Shown here: positions 7,289 through 16,427 of the stretch, piece by piece
How positions within the stretch are numbered: the first letter of the stretch is position 1
Layout: the number at the start of each line of letters is the position of its first letter
Source of the DNA: a virus
Lineage: Duplodnaviria; Caudoviricetes
Direction: 5' to 3' (one strand)
DNA length: 25,128 bases
IMG/VR virus record: IMGVR_UViG_3300032330_000882
Location: 1-25,128 of that record
Notes under the pieces: generated by a model
What the model was told of the DNA's origin: nothing
What the model saw: the letters and a program-made list of their open reading frames with translations, nothing else
Database searches by the model: none
Made by a program: the position numbers and the translations under genes

Positions 7289-7385
7289 TCGGCTTTTGCC
7301 GAGTATGTCCATAATGCCACGGCTGAGCCGGATAACGCAACATTTCAGATAACGAGTTGATAACGGTGGCGGTAGAATTGAAGGC
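7289..7385. promoter_or_regulatory. Divergent promoters with GATAACG direct repeats
   Basis: Minus: TTGCGT (7340-7335) - 18 nt - CATTAT (7316-7311), leader hairpin 7289-7302; plus: TAGAAT 7373-7378, 7 nt before ATG 7386; GATAACG at 7331, 7348, 7359. Confidence 0.65.
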
Positions 7386-8015
7386 ATGGCCGATGACTTG
7401 AAACTTACTGTTGCTACTTTTAGCGGTGGTTTAGGCCGTTCCGGTGTAGGCACTAACGATTTCAGTGTTCAAGATGTGCGTGAACTAAACCGTAGGTTGA
7501 GGGCTATTGAGCCTCGACTAAAAACACAATTAGTTAGACATTTGAAGCAAATCGCCAAACCATTAGAATCTGACATAAAAAGTTCGATTGCTAGTGTCGA
7601 GCCGATATCTGGAATGTTGAAAGACCGTGGCCGTTTAGGTTGGGGAGTTGGTGTAAGGCCAGATAAAACACTGATTCAATATAGAACTTCTGCTGGTAGT
7701 AAATCGCTAACAACTTCTTTGGTCAGGATTAAGGTGACATCGCCTGGAACTGTTTTGGCTGACATGGCTGGTAGATCAGGGCGTTACATTGGTCAAGGTC
7801 GCAGAAATGATAATGCTTCACCTACGCTCAAACGGCGTAATGCAAATCAGGCCAAAGGTGAGGCGTTTATTCGTAGCCTTAATGAGAATGTTGGCGATGG
7901 TTCAGCTTCCCGATTTATCTGGCCAGCAGCTGAACATAGTATTCCAGCAGTTCGATTGGCCATTGAAAATGCCATGAGATTGGCTTTTGATTTCGTAAAC
8001 ATGAGAGGGCTATAA
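7386..8015 (+). CDS. Putative HK97 gp10-like tail completion/neck protein
   Basis: Basic; VRELNRRLRAI N-terminus and SRFIWPAAE C-terminal motif; abuts tape measure. Confidence 0.6.
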   Translation: MADDLKLTVATFSGGLGRSGVGTNDFSVQDVRELNRRLRAIEPRLKTQLVRHLKQIAKPLESDIKSSIASVEPISGMLKDRGRLGWGVGVRPDKTLIQYRTSAGSKSLTTSLVRIKVTSPGTVLADMAGRSGRYIGQGRRNDNASPTLKRRNANQAKGEAFIRSLNENVGDGSASRFIWPAAEHSIPAVRLAIENAMRLAFDFVNMRGL

Positions 8016-10421
8016 ATGGCCGGTGCAGTCAATATCCCACTAAAAGCAATATTTGATGATGCTGGTGTTAAAAAAGCCTTGCGTAGCATTGGTGGGCTGA
8101 GTAAAAGCCTAAAAGGTGCGCTTGCTGGTATTGGTGTCGGGCTAAGTATTGGTGCAATTACTTCACAGTTAGAGGCTGCTGCAAAAGCTGCAACTGCTGA
8201 TGTAAAGGCTCAGGCACTACTTGCTCAACAGTTGCGTAACACCACTGGCGCAACTAACGATCAGATTGCTGGCACTGAAGCATTTATCCAGAAACTTCAA
8301 CTACAAACTTCTGTTCTTGATGACCAACTACGACCTGCAATGGCTTCTTTGGTTCGAGCCACTGGTGATGTTTCTAAGTCACAAGGTCTTTTGGCTTTGG
8401 CTACTGATGTTAGTGCTGCTACTGGTAGGGATTTAGAAAGCGTTGCTCTTGCTTTAGGTAAGGCCGTTTCTGGTCAGACAACTGCTTTGTTCCGTATGAT
8501 TCCTGGTCTAAAGGGTTCATCAGATTGGATGGCTAAACTTCAAGCCGAAACTAAGGGAGCGGCGGCTGCAGCGGCAAACACTGATCCATTTGCTCGTTTG
8601 AATGTTATTTTCAATGACCTTCAAGAATCTATTGGAATGGCGTTATTGCCTGTTCTGAATGATTTTGCTAACTGGCTAGCATCGCCTGAAGGGCAAAAGG
8701 CTGTACAGGATTTTGCTAATGCTGTCAAAGATGTCATCAAGGTAATCGTTGATTTAGTCAGATGGATTAGTGAAAACATTCAGTGGTTGAGCGTTTTGGC
8801 CACTCAGGTTGGATTAGCGACTGTTGCTGTTGTCGGCTTCAATGCTGTATTGAATGTGAACCCAATTATGTTGATGGTTACTGCCATTGGTTTGCTTGTA
8901 GCGGCATTTGCTGCTTTGCAAAATGTTGGCACTACTGCCGCTAACGGTATTCCTAAAGCCATCAACAATGCTGCCAATGCTGCTGGTAAAAAAGCCTACG
9001 AGGAAGCATTACGGGCTAAAGAAAATTTCGAGATGACACCTACTGGGCCAGCTTTGAAACCTGGCGCACAGATGAAGGCAGAGCAAGCGAGAAATGCTGC
9101 TGCCCAAAAAGTCATTGACCAATTCAAGGCTGATCAGGCTCGTATTGCTGCACAAACTACTAAGGGTATTACTGGTTCTTTAGTCCCTACTCTGCCAGAT
9201 ATCAAAACTCCTACTACTGGTGGAACTAAAAAAACTACTGCTGACAATAAGGCTTTGACTAAAGCCATTGAAGACGCAAAGGCTGCTTTTGATGAAAAGG
9301 TAAAGGCTTATCAGGCGGCTGTTCAGGCAGCTCAAGAAGTCATTGACAGCACTAAAGAAATGACTGCCTCGTTCGTTGATTTGTTCAAGGTCACGCCAAA
9401 GATGGGCGAGTTTGAGTCAAAGGTTGTAGATGGGTTTGATGCCATTTATGAAAAAATCAAGTCCACTCTTGCCGATAAGCGTATTCTTCAATCTTCTGCT
9501 GATGCTCTAACCAAATACGCGGATAGCACTCTTGCTACATTGCGTGGACTTGCGAAACAGCAGGATGTTTTGGCTCAGAAGATTGACATTGCACGTACAA
9601 TCACGAGCGGTGTTACTGGCTTGGCTAACTTGACTGGGATGCTTGATAGCATTACTCAGTCAGTTACCGAAACTACTCGTTCGATGTCTAACGGTATTGA
9701 AACGATTATGACTAAGACTTTTGATGTCACTAAGACTGGTGGCATTGTGGACAACTTCAAGGCTTTGGTTGATAAGACTAAGGCTTTTGCTAAGAACCTC
9801 ATTGATCTGAAGAAACTTGGTCTGAACAAGAATTTGTTTGCTCAGTTGGTTCAGGCTGGTGCTGATGCCGGTGGGGCTACCGCACAGGCTTTGGTTGATG
9901 GTGGTGCTGACACTATTACGGCACTAAACGACCTTTATGCGCAACTTGATGACACTGCCACGGTTATTGCCGAAACTTCAACACAAACTCTTTATGAAGT
10001 AGGCCAGCAGGTTGTTACCAATGGGTTTATCGAGGGCTTGGTTTCTCAGCAAGACCAATTAGTAGCAGCGGCTCAGGCACTTGCTCAATCGTTTGCTGAT
10101 GCGTTCAATACTCAAATGGCTAATGCTTTACAGGTTGCTCTACCTCCTATGCCTGTTGCACCGGCTGCTGAAGCGATTACTACACGACCTGACCCTACTC
10201 GCTCACCTCAACGCTACGCGGCTTGGTTGGCTGGCATTGGTGGCATTGACCCTATTCGTTCACCTCGGTCTTATGCGGCAGCTCAGGCGGCTAAGAATAC
10301 TGGTTTGACTGTGAATGTTCAGGCTGGTTTGGTTACAAGTCCTGCTTCGGTGGCTCAGGAAGTTGTTAGTGCCATCAAGCAGTATGAGCGTGTCAATGGC
10401 GCGGTTTGGGTAACTCCATAA
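8016..10421 (+). CDS. Tape measure protein
   Basis: 801 aa, Ala-rich helical, central hydrophobic segment (NPIMLMVTAIGLLVAAF), longest tail gene. Confidence 0.93.
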   Translation: MAGAVNIPLKAIFDDAGVKKALRSIGGLSKSLKGALAGIGVGLSIGAITSQLEAAAKAATADVKAQALLAQQLRNTTGATNDQIAGTEAFIQKLQLQTSVLDDQLRPAMASLVRATGDVSKSQGLLALATDVSAATGRDLESVALALGKAVSGQTTALFRMIPGLKGSSDWMAKLQAETKGAAAAAANTDPFARLNVIFNDLQESIGMALLPVLNDFANWLASPEGQKAVQDFANAVKDVIKVIVDLVRWISENIQWLSVLATQVGLATVAVVGFNAVLNVNPIMLMVTAIGLLVAAFAALQNVGTTAANGIPKAINNAANAAGKKAYEEALRAKENFEMTPTGPALKPGAQMKAEQARNAAAQKVIDQFKADQARIAAQTTKGITGSLVPTLPDIKTPTTGGTKKTTADNKALTKAIEDAKAAFDEKVKAYQAAVQAAQEVIDSTKEMTASFVDLFKVTPKMGEFESKVVDGFDAIYEKIKSTLADKRILQSSADALTKYADSTLATLRGLAKQQDVLAQKIDIARTITSGVTGLANLTGMLDSITQSVTETTRSMSNGIETIMTKTFDVTKTGGIVDNFKALVDKTKAFAKNLIDLKKLGLNKNLFAQLVQAGADAGGATAQALVDGGADTITALNDLYAQLDDTATVIAETSTQTLYEVGQQVVTNGFIEGLVSQQDQLVAAAQALAQSFADAFNTQMANALQVALPPMPVAPAAEAITTRPDPTRSPQRYAAWLAGIGGIDPIRSPRSYAAAQAAKNTGLTVNVQAGLVTSPASVAQEVVSAIKQYERVNGAVWVTP

Positions 10422-11650
10422 TGGCACTTCCAGTCGAAAAGGTTGAACTTGGTTTTGATGCTAATGGGCCAGGTAACTTCTTCACGCTCGATGACACTGT
10501 AAAAGGTGTGCTTGACAACATTGACTTCGTGCTTTCGGGTGCAAGCAACTTCTACGATGTTTCGGCTTATGTGCAGTCAATCAATGTGAGCCGTGGTAAG
10601 TCCCGTGCGTTAGATCGTTACAACGCTGGACAGGTCAGTGTGACCTTCGACAACCGCAACCGTTACTTTGACCCTACCTATACGGCTTCACCGTTCTATG
10701 GGCAGATTGTCCCTCGTAGAGATGTGCGTATCTGGTCTAACGGCGTAATCGTGTTCTATGGTACGACTGAAGACTGGAATTTGGACTATTCGCCATCGGG
10801 TGAAAGTACCGCTACTTTGTCTGCCGTGGATGGGTTCGCGTTCTTGGCTCAGCAGACTTTGACGGCACAAACTTACACTTCACAGTTGTCTGGCTCTCGC
10901 GTGTCTGCGGTCTTGGATGATGCTTCTGTGGCTTGGCCTTCTGCTCAGCGTTCGATTGATGCCGGTGATGAAACATTGCAAGGTGATGCTGTGACGTCTG
11001 CTGATAATGCGTTGCAGTATCTCCAGCAGATTGAAACTAGCGAACCTGGTGAGTTGTTTATTGCCAAGAATGGTGATTTGCGGTTTATTGCTCGTAACTC
11101 AGTATCAGCTTCTTCAGGTGTTCCGGTGTTGTCTGATAACGGCACTGGTATCAAGTATTCGCAGGTTCGTGTTGTCTACGGATCAGAGTTGCTTTACACA
11201 CAGACTGAGTTGAGCCGTAAGGGTTCTTCGACAGTCGTGCAAGTAAATGACACTTCAGCACAGGCCACTTACGGTATCCGTACCTTGTCTGAAAATGAAT
11301 TGCTACTAAATAGCGATGCTCGTTTGGCTGAGTTCGGTAACTATCTTCTAGGTCAATACAACGCACCCGAATACCGTTTCGACCAAGTAGATGTTCTGTT
11401 TAGTCAGTTATCTACAACAGACCAAAACACTTTGTTAGGGCTTGAACTTGGTTCGATTTGTCGCGTGGACTTCACACCTAACGGCATTAGTCCAGCAATC
11501 AGCAAATACGGGCGAGTAATCGCAATCAATCATCAAGCATCACCGATTGAACACCGTATGACTATCGGTCTAGGTACGCTCGTAGGTGCGACCTTCGTGC
11601 TAGATGACTCGGCGTTTGGTATCCTAGACACAGGCATACTTGCCTTCTAA
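10421..11650 (+). CDS. Minor tail protein (distal tail/hub)
   Basis: Directly after tape measure (TAATG); SINVSRGKSR..FDNRNRYFDP motif; similar F(T/V)LDD..G(V/I)LD motifs at both ends. Confidence 0.75.
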   Translation: MALPVEKVELGFDANGPGNFFTLDDTVKGVLDNIDFVLSGASNFYDVSAYVQSINVSRGKSRALDRYNAGQVSVTFDNRNRYFDPTYTASPFYGQIVPRRDVRIWSNGVIVFYGTTEDWNLDYSPSGESTATLSAVDGFAFLAQQTLTAQTYTSQLSGSRVSAVLDDASVAWPSAQRSIDAGDETLQGDAVTSADNALQYLQQIETSEPGELFIAKNGDLRFIARNSVSASSGVPVLSDNGTGIKYSQVRVVYGSELLYTQTELSRKGSSTVVQVNDTSAQATYGIRTLSENELLLNSDARLAEFGNYLLGQYNAPEYRFDQVDVLFSQLSTTDQNTLLGLELGSICRVDFTPNGISPAISKYGRVIAINHQASPIEHRMTIGLGTLVGATFVLDDSAFGILDTGILAF

Positions 11651-11665
11651 CTTTTAGGGAGATTC

Positions 11666-12196
11666 ATGGCTGGCTCAGGCTGGAGAACTTTCACCGCTGG
11701 TGCAGTTTTGACTGCGACTCAGGTACAGAACTATTTGCAAGATCAGACCGTTCAGGTTTATGCGACAACAGCAGCTCGTTCATCTGCTCTTGGTACTGCC
11801 GTTTCGACTGGTATGGTTTCGTTTGTTACCGCTACTGAGGGTCTTGACCTTTACACTCACGGTGTTTGGACTGGTATCAACTATTCGACCATTACTAACG
11901 GCACGACTACTGCCTACACTGCGACTGCAAGTGATGCGAATACTACTTTTGTGGCAAGCAACGCTTCAGCACAAACAATCGTGATTCCTGACTTGTTTGA
12001 CATTGGTGAGCGTCTGGACATTATCCGTGATGGTGCTGGTACTGTTTCGATTTCGGCTGGTACTGGTGTGACGACTTGGGCTGGTGCTGGTACTGCTGGA
12101 ACGGCTAAATCGTTTGCTATGGGTACACAGTATTCGGCTGCTTCGGTTATCAAGGTTGCGGCTAACTCTTACCGTGTTATTGGTGCGGTGGCGTAA
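11666..12196 (+). CDS. Minor tail / tail fibre base protein
   Basis: FTAGAVLTATQVQNYL N-terminal motif; Thr/Ala/Gly-rich. Confidence 0.7.
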   Translation: MAGSGWRTFTAGAVLTATQVQNYLQDQTVQVYATTAARSSALGTAVSTGMVSFVTATEGLDLYTHGVWTGINYSTITNGTTTAYTATASDANTTFVASNASAQTIVIPDLFDIGERLDIIRDGAGTVSISAGTGVTTWAGAGTAGTAKSFAMGTQYSAASVIKVAANSYRVIGAVA

Positions 12197-12753
12197 TGTC
12201 GCTTATGCCTTTGGGCTTATTGTCGCAGGGTGGTGGTGCTGGGGCTGGTGGTAATGCGCTAACTTTGATTAGCACGACACTTTTATCTTCGGCTGCTGCT
12301 TCGGTCACTTTCAGTTCAATAGTAGGCACATATAAACATCTCCAAGTCAGGTTCACTGCACGATCCGCTTCTGCTGGTGGTGACAATGTTCGTATGCAAA
12401 TAAATGGTGATACTGCAAATAATTATGCTGTTCATTACCTAATAGGTGATGGAACGATTTATTCTGGTAATGCCGTTCCGTGGAATACTTCGGTTTATTC
12501 CCCTACCGCAAGTGCAGCTTCAGCCGCAAACATTTGGTCTGCTGGAATTATTGACATTCTTGATTACAGTCAAACTACAAAAAACAAAACTATTAGAACT
12601 TTTGGCGGTAAAGCAATTAGCGGTGATAACAATATTCATTTACAGTCTGGTGTTTGGTTGAATACGTCCGCCATCACTTCTTTAACTGTTTATATGGGTT
12701 CAGGTTCAAACATTGCTGCTAATAGTCGTGTCAGTCTTTATGGGGTGAGCTAA
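12196..12753 (+). CDS. Tail-tip protein, paralog 1 of 3
   Basis: VTFSSI..TYKHLQ / IDILDYS..TKNKT / WLNTSAITS / SLYGV. Confidence 0.65.
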   Translation: MSLMPLGLLSQGGGAGAGGNALTLISTTLLSSAAASVTFSSIVGTYKHLQVRFTARSASAGGDNVRMQINGDTANNYAVHYLIGDGTIYSGNAVPWNTSVYSPTASAASAANIWSAGIIDILDYSQTTKNKTIRTFGGKAISGDNNIHLQSGVWLNTSAITSLTVYMGSGSNIAANSRVSLYGVS

Positions 12754-13239
12754 ATGCCGTCAGCGTTAGTACCTTTGGCAAACATTACTTTAGGATCACC
12801 AGCAGCGAGTATTATATTTTCATCTATTAGTGGTTCTTATAGAGATTTGATGCTTGTTATATCATCTGCACCAGGTGCAAACGGCTATGCGATGTATATA
12901 TCTTTCAATAGCGATACAACAAATGCTAATTATTCATCAATATTAATGACTGGTAACGGTTCATCTACTAGTAGTGGTACCCAAACATCGCAACCTAGAG
13001 CAATCGCAGGTGAGGGTTATGTTTATCCATATCAAAAAATTATTCATTTGATGGATTATTCTGCAACTGACAAACACAAAACTTTCTTGGCTAGAACTGA
13101 TGGGGCAAACGATAGTACTCAAGCAATTGTTACAAGATGGGCTAACACGGCTGCGATAACAAGTATTGCATTTGCTTTGTATGGCGGTAACAATATGGCT
13201 GCTGGAACTTCTATGGCTCTTTATGGGGTGTCTGCCTGA
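12754..13239 (+). CDS. Tail-tip protein, paralog 2 of 3
   Basis: IFSSISGSYRDL / MDYSATDKHKT / WANTAAITSI / ALYGV. Confidence 0.65.
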   Translation: MPSALVPLANITLGSPAASIIFSSISGSYRDLMLVISSAPGANGYAMYISFNSDTTNANYSSILMTGNGSSTSSGTQTSQPRAIAGEGYVYPYQKIIHLMDYSATDKHKTFLARTDGANDSTQAIVTRWANTAAITSIAFALYGGNNMAAGTSMALYGVSA

Positions 13240-13754
13240 TGACTTATGGAACTCTTATTAGCAGCGTAACTGTTGGGGCTGGTGGGGCTTCGAGTATCGA
13301 CTTCACTTCAATTCCTGCAACTTATACAGATTTGTGTGTTGTTTTATCGGCTAGAAGCAATGCTGGTGACAATGTTGCCTATTTTCGAGTGAATACTGCA
13401 ACAACATCATTCTCGCAAAAATTTTTGATGGGAACAGGTGCATCGGCGGTAAGCGGTTCAGACACACAACTTTATGTGCCAGTCAGCAACTCAGGACACA
13501 CAGCCAACACTTTTGGCAACACAATTATTTATATTCCAAATTACACATCATCGGCGAATAAAACATTTAGCATTGACGGTGCAAATGAAAATAACTCAAC
13601 TGATGTAAGGCATCTAATTGAGGCTGGTTTGTGGAGTAATACTGCCGCAATTACATCAATTCAAATTCCTTGTCCTGGTGGGTCATTTGTGCAATATTCA
13701 ACGGCATACTTGTATGGCTTGTTAAAAGGATCTGGTGGCGCAACAGCCGCCTAA
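13239..13754 (+). CDS. Tail-tip protein, paralog 3 of 3
   Basis: DFTSIPATYTDL / IPNYTSSANKT / WSNTAAITSI / YLYGL. Confidence 0.65.
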   Translation: MTYGTLISSVTVGAGGASSIDFTSIPATYTDLCVVLSARSNAGDNVAYFRVNTATTSFSQKFLMGTGASAVSGSDTQLYVPVSNSGHTANTFGNTIIYIPNYTSSANKTFSIDGANENNSTDVRHLIEAGLWSNTAAITSIQIPCPGGSFVQYSTAYLYGLLKGSGGATAA

Positions 13755-13769
13755 TAGATAGGAAAACAA

Positions 13770-14006
13770 ATGACTACTACTCCAAAAAAGATTATTGTGG
13801 ACTGCTCTACTGGTGAAACCACCGAGGTAGAACTTACAGCACAGGAAATCGCTGATTTGGAAACTGCTCGCGCACAAGCAGAAACTGAGCGTCAGGCTCG
13901 TGAAACCGAGGAAGCCCGTATTGCGGCTCTAAAGGATTCTGCTAAGCGTAAACTCATCGCCGGTGAGAAACTTACCGCCGATGAAGCTGCTCTCCTTATC
14001 GGCTAA
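13770..14006 (+). CDS. Small tail-associated protein (possible fibre chaperone)
   Basis: RBS AGGA; DCSTGE..ELT..EIA followed by coiled coil; last gene of tail module. Confidence 0.6.
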   Translation: MTTTPKKIIVDCSTGETTEVELTAQEIADLETARAQAETERQARETEEARIAALKDSAKRKLIAGEKLTADEAALLIG

Positions 14007-14057
14007 ACTAGACAAGTACTCGCACCGATCTACGCTCGGTTTATTCTTTAGGGCTTT

Positions 14058-14276
14058 ATGGAATCGGAACAAATACCTCAGTGGGCTATCGAACTCATCA
14101 AACAGGTTGAGCGTTTGAATGAGAAAATTCCTACACATGTTGAGTGGGTTGAACGCAACATTAAAGACCATGAGTTGCGTCTACGACAGCTTGAGCAGTT
14201 TAAGTGGGTTTTGGTTGGTTTGGCTTTGGCTTCCGGTGGCGTATCGGCAGCAATTATGAAAGTGATTGGGGCATAA
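14058..14276 (+). CDS. Membrane-anchored coiled-coil lysis-module protein (XhlA/holin-like)
   Basis: DHELRLRQLE coiled coil plus a C-terminal TM helix; precedes endolysin. Confidence 0.6.
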   Translation: MESEQIPQWAIELIKQVERLNEKIPTHVEWVERNIKDHELRLRQLEQFKWVLVGLALASGGVSAAIMKVIGA

Positions 14277-14277
14277 G

Positions 14278-14745
14278 ATGGCTCAGATGCAGTATTTTGA
14301 TCCGTTTCCTGGAAACCGTGGCGACGAACTAGGTAACATGGCTTCTTACCGTAAGCACCCTCACCGTGGGAGCGATTGGGGAGCGAAAAAGGGCATTGAG
14401 AAAGCTGCTATCAAGGCGATCACTAATGGTCGTGTAAAAAAGATTTTCTGGTCAGATATTCTAGGTCACTGTTTGGTGCAGTCTTCAGGTGATGGCATTA
14501 ACTGGCTTTATGCTCACCTAGCTGAGAAGCCAACTATGGAACTTAACAGCCTTTTGGTTGGTGGGGAAACGGTGATTGGTCATGTTGGCGGTGGCAAGAA
14601 CACTCCATCTGGATCAGCCTCGACTGGCGCACATCTTCACATGGCTGGTGCTGCTGGCACTTTGGATGTTCACCTAGCACCGTATGAGAAACTGGTGGAT
14701 GTTCACAAGCACATAGATGCCAACATAAAGCCAGTTCAGGGTTAG
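14278..14745 (+). CDS. Endolysin, M23 family metallopeptidase
   Basis: HRGSD (HxxxD), YAHL, STGAHLH (HxH). Confidence 0.88.
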   Translation: MAQMQYFDPFPGNRGDELGNMASYRKHPHRGSDWGAKKGIEKAAIKAITNGRVKKIFWSDILGHCLVQSSGDGINWLYAHLAEKPTMELNSLLVGGETVIGHVGGGKNTPSGSASTGAHLHMAGAAGTLDVHLAPYEKLVDVHKHIDANIKPVQG

Positions 14746-14754
14746 AATAAGGCT

Positions 14755-15042
14755 ATGTCTAAAGAAACTATGAAAAGCCGCCTACGAGCCGTATACGGCG
14801 TTTTAGGGGCTATTGTCTGGCGTGGGTTTGGACTGTTTTTGTTTATTCTTGGTGCTTCAGCTGGTACTGGTGCAGTCGTAGTCGGTAACTGGGTGACTGG
14901 TGTGCTTATCGCCTGGTTTACTTTGATGCTCGGAATTGTTGGGGCTGTTGGCTATGCGATTGCTGTTACTGGCAAGGTAGATGTTGCTGATGTGGCTAAG
15001 GCTTCACAGGATGCTGTGCAGAAGGCCACTGAAAAGAAATAA
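14755..15042 (+). CDS. Putative holin (two TM segments)
   Basis: Two hydrophobic stretches with charged termini; after endolysin; TAGAAT 6 nt before ATG. Confidence 0.6.
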   Translation: MSKETMKSRLRAVYGVLGAIVWRGFGLFLFILGASAGTGAVVVGNWVTGVLIAWFTLMLGIVGAVGYAIAVTGKVDVADVAKASQDAVQKATEKK

Positions 15043-15333
15043 TCAATTCGCTGATCTGTCTTTAGGGGATAAGCCTCCCCAAATGCCATAAGGCTGATTA
15101 CTTGCTATCGCATAATCCCTGCACATAATTAGCAGTGGGCATTGTTTACAAAGTGACTTCGCTAAGCGTTCGGCCATTGTTATCATTTCGTAATCTGTAA
15201 CACGGCCATCTTGTAAAGTTCTGCCGTAATCTTCAGGGAAGAACAAATCTGGACTGTCTTGACAAGGTGAACCGGTTTCTTCCTGCTTTTCTATTAAGCG
15301 GAAGTACATTGATTCGTTTTGTCGGTGGCTCAT
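15043..15333 (-). CDS. whiB: WhiB-family Fe-S transcription factor
   Basis: C..DLFFPE..AKSLCKQCP....C..YA..YGIWGG. Confidence 0.93.
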   Translation of the reverse strand: MSHRQNESMYFRLIEKQEETGSPCQDSPDLFFPEDYGRTLQDGRVTDYEMITMAERLAKSLCKQCPLLIMCRDYAIASNQPYGIWGGLSPKDRSAN

Positions 15334-15367
15334 GATGTACTAACACTAACCGTTGAAAGGGTAAAAA

Positions 15368-16240
15368 TTGGCAGTGTTTTTAGGTAATTATGAATCGGGT
15401 TCAGCCGAGTGGCTTGAGCTGCGTGAAGGTGCTGGTGTTGTTACTGGCACTTTGTTTGGCACTATTTGTGGGCTGAATCCGTGGGAATCGGCGTTTACTG
15501 CTTGGGCTAAGGCCACAGGGAAAATTCCGAATGAGGTGCGTAAGTCACGGCCTATGCGTTTAGGTCAGTTGTTGGAATCACCTATTAGGCAGATTTGGTC
15601 TGAGGAAAACCCTGAGTACCTGGTTGAATATGATCTAGGCACTTGGTCACATGATGAATACGACTGGGCTAGGGCTAACCCTGATGGGTTCATTACTTAC
15701 CCTGATGGCGTGAAGGGTATTTTGGAAATCAAGACTGCTCGTGTGCCATTCGAGGAAGTTCCGGCACATTACAAGGCTCAGGTGCTTTGGTATATGTGGG
15801 TTTTTGGTTTGCGCCGTGCCAAGCTCGTGGCTTTGTTTAGTGGTAACGATTTGCAGACTTTTGATATTGAGTGGGATGCTTTTGAGTTTCAGGCAATGTT
15901 TAGCCGTGTAATGGTTTGGCGTGATCATGTGCTGGAGGAAAAGAAACCTGAATGGGATGGGTCGGCTTCGACTTATGAAACCGTCAAGGCTCTCAATACT
16001 GGTGCTAACGATACGGCTATCGAATTGGGTGATTTGGGTGTGCATTTGTCTAACGCTCAGTCTGATTTGGATAAGGCCACCGAAAATTTGACAAAATTGA
16101 AAAGCATTACTCTCGACAATTTGGGTGATGCTAAGTACGGTTATGTTGATGTAAATGGCGAGCAGGTGAATGTGGCTGTTCGTTCCGTAAATAAGAATGG
16201 CATCGTGTCATTGACAGTAAAGAAGGGTAAAAATGTCTAA
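15368..16240 (+). CDS. YqaJ-like (lambda exonuclease family) recombination nuclease
   Basis: SAEWLELR, NPW, GQLLE, ANPDG, LEIKT, YKAQVLWYM; TTG start with RBS GAAAGGG. Confidence 0.9.
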   Translation: MAVFLGNYESGSAEWLELREGAGVVTGTLFGTICGLNPWESAFTAWAKATGKIPNEVRKSRPMRLGQLLESPIRQIWSEENPEYLVEYDLGTWSHDEYDWARANPDGFITYPDGVKGILEIKTARVPFEEVPAHYKAQVLWYMWVFGLRRAKLVALFSGNDLQTFDIEWDAFEFQAMFSRVMVWRDHVLEEKKPEWDGSASTYETVKALNTGANDTAIELGDLGVHLSNAQSDLDKATENLTKLKSITLDNLGDAKYGYVDVNGEQVNVAVRSVNKNGIVSLTVKKGKNV

Positions 16241-16427
16241 GGAACTATGGGAAGACAACTTGGCTTTGTGGGAAACACAAGACAAGATGAACGAGTTGCA
16301 CTCGCAGCGTATTGACCAACTAACGGAGGCGGTCAAGCAGTTGAGTGAAGTGTTGGCTAAGGTGCTTGTGGCTGATAAGGCTATTTGTACTGGTAAGCAT
16401 TGCAAGTGTGGGAAGGTGGCTCACTAA
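16233..16427 (+). CDS. Hypothetical protein
   Basis: 64 aa, RBS AAGGG, overlaps both neighbours. Confidence 0.7.
   Translation: MSKELWEDNLALWETQDKMNELHSQRIDQLTEAVKQLSEVLAKVLVADKAICTGKHCKCGKVAH

Noticed and set aside
12196-13754. Diversity-generating retroelement or invertible tail cassette
   Set aside because: No reverse transcriptase, invertase, adenine-specific repeat pair or flanking inverted repeats seen
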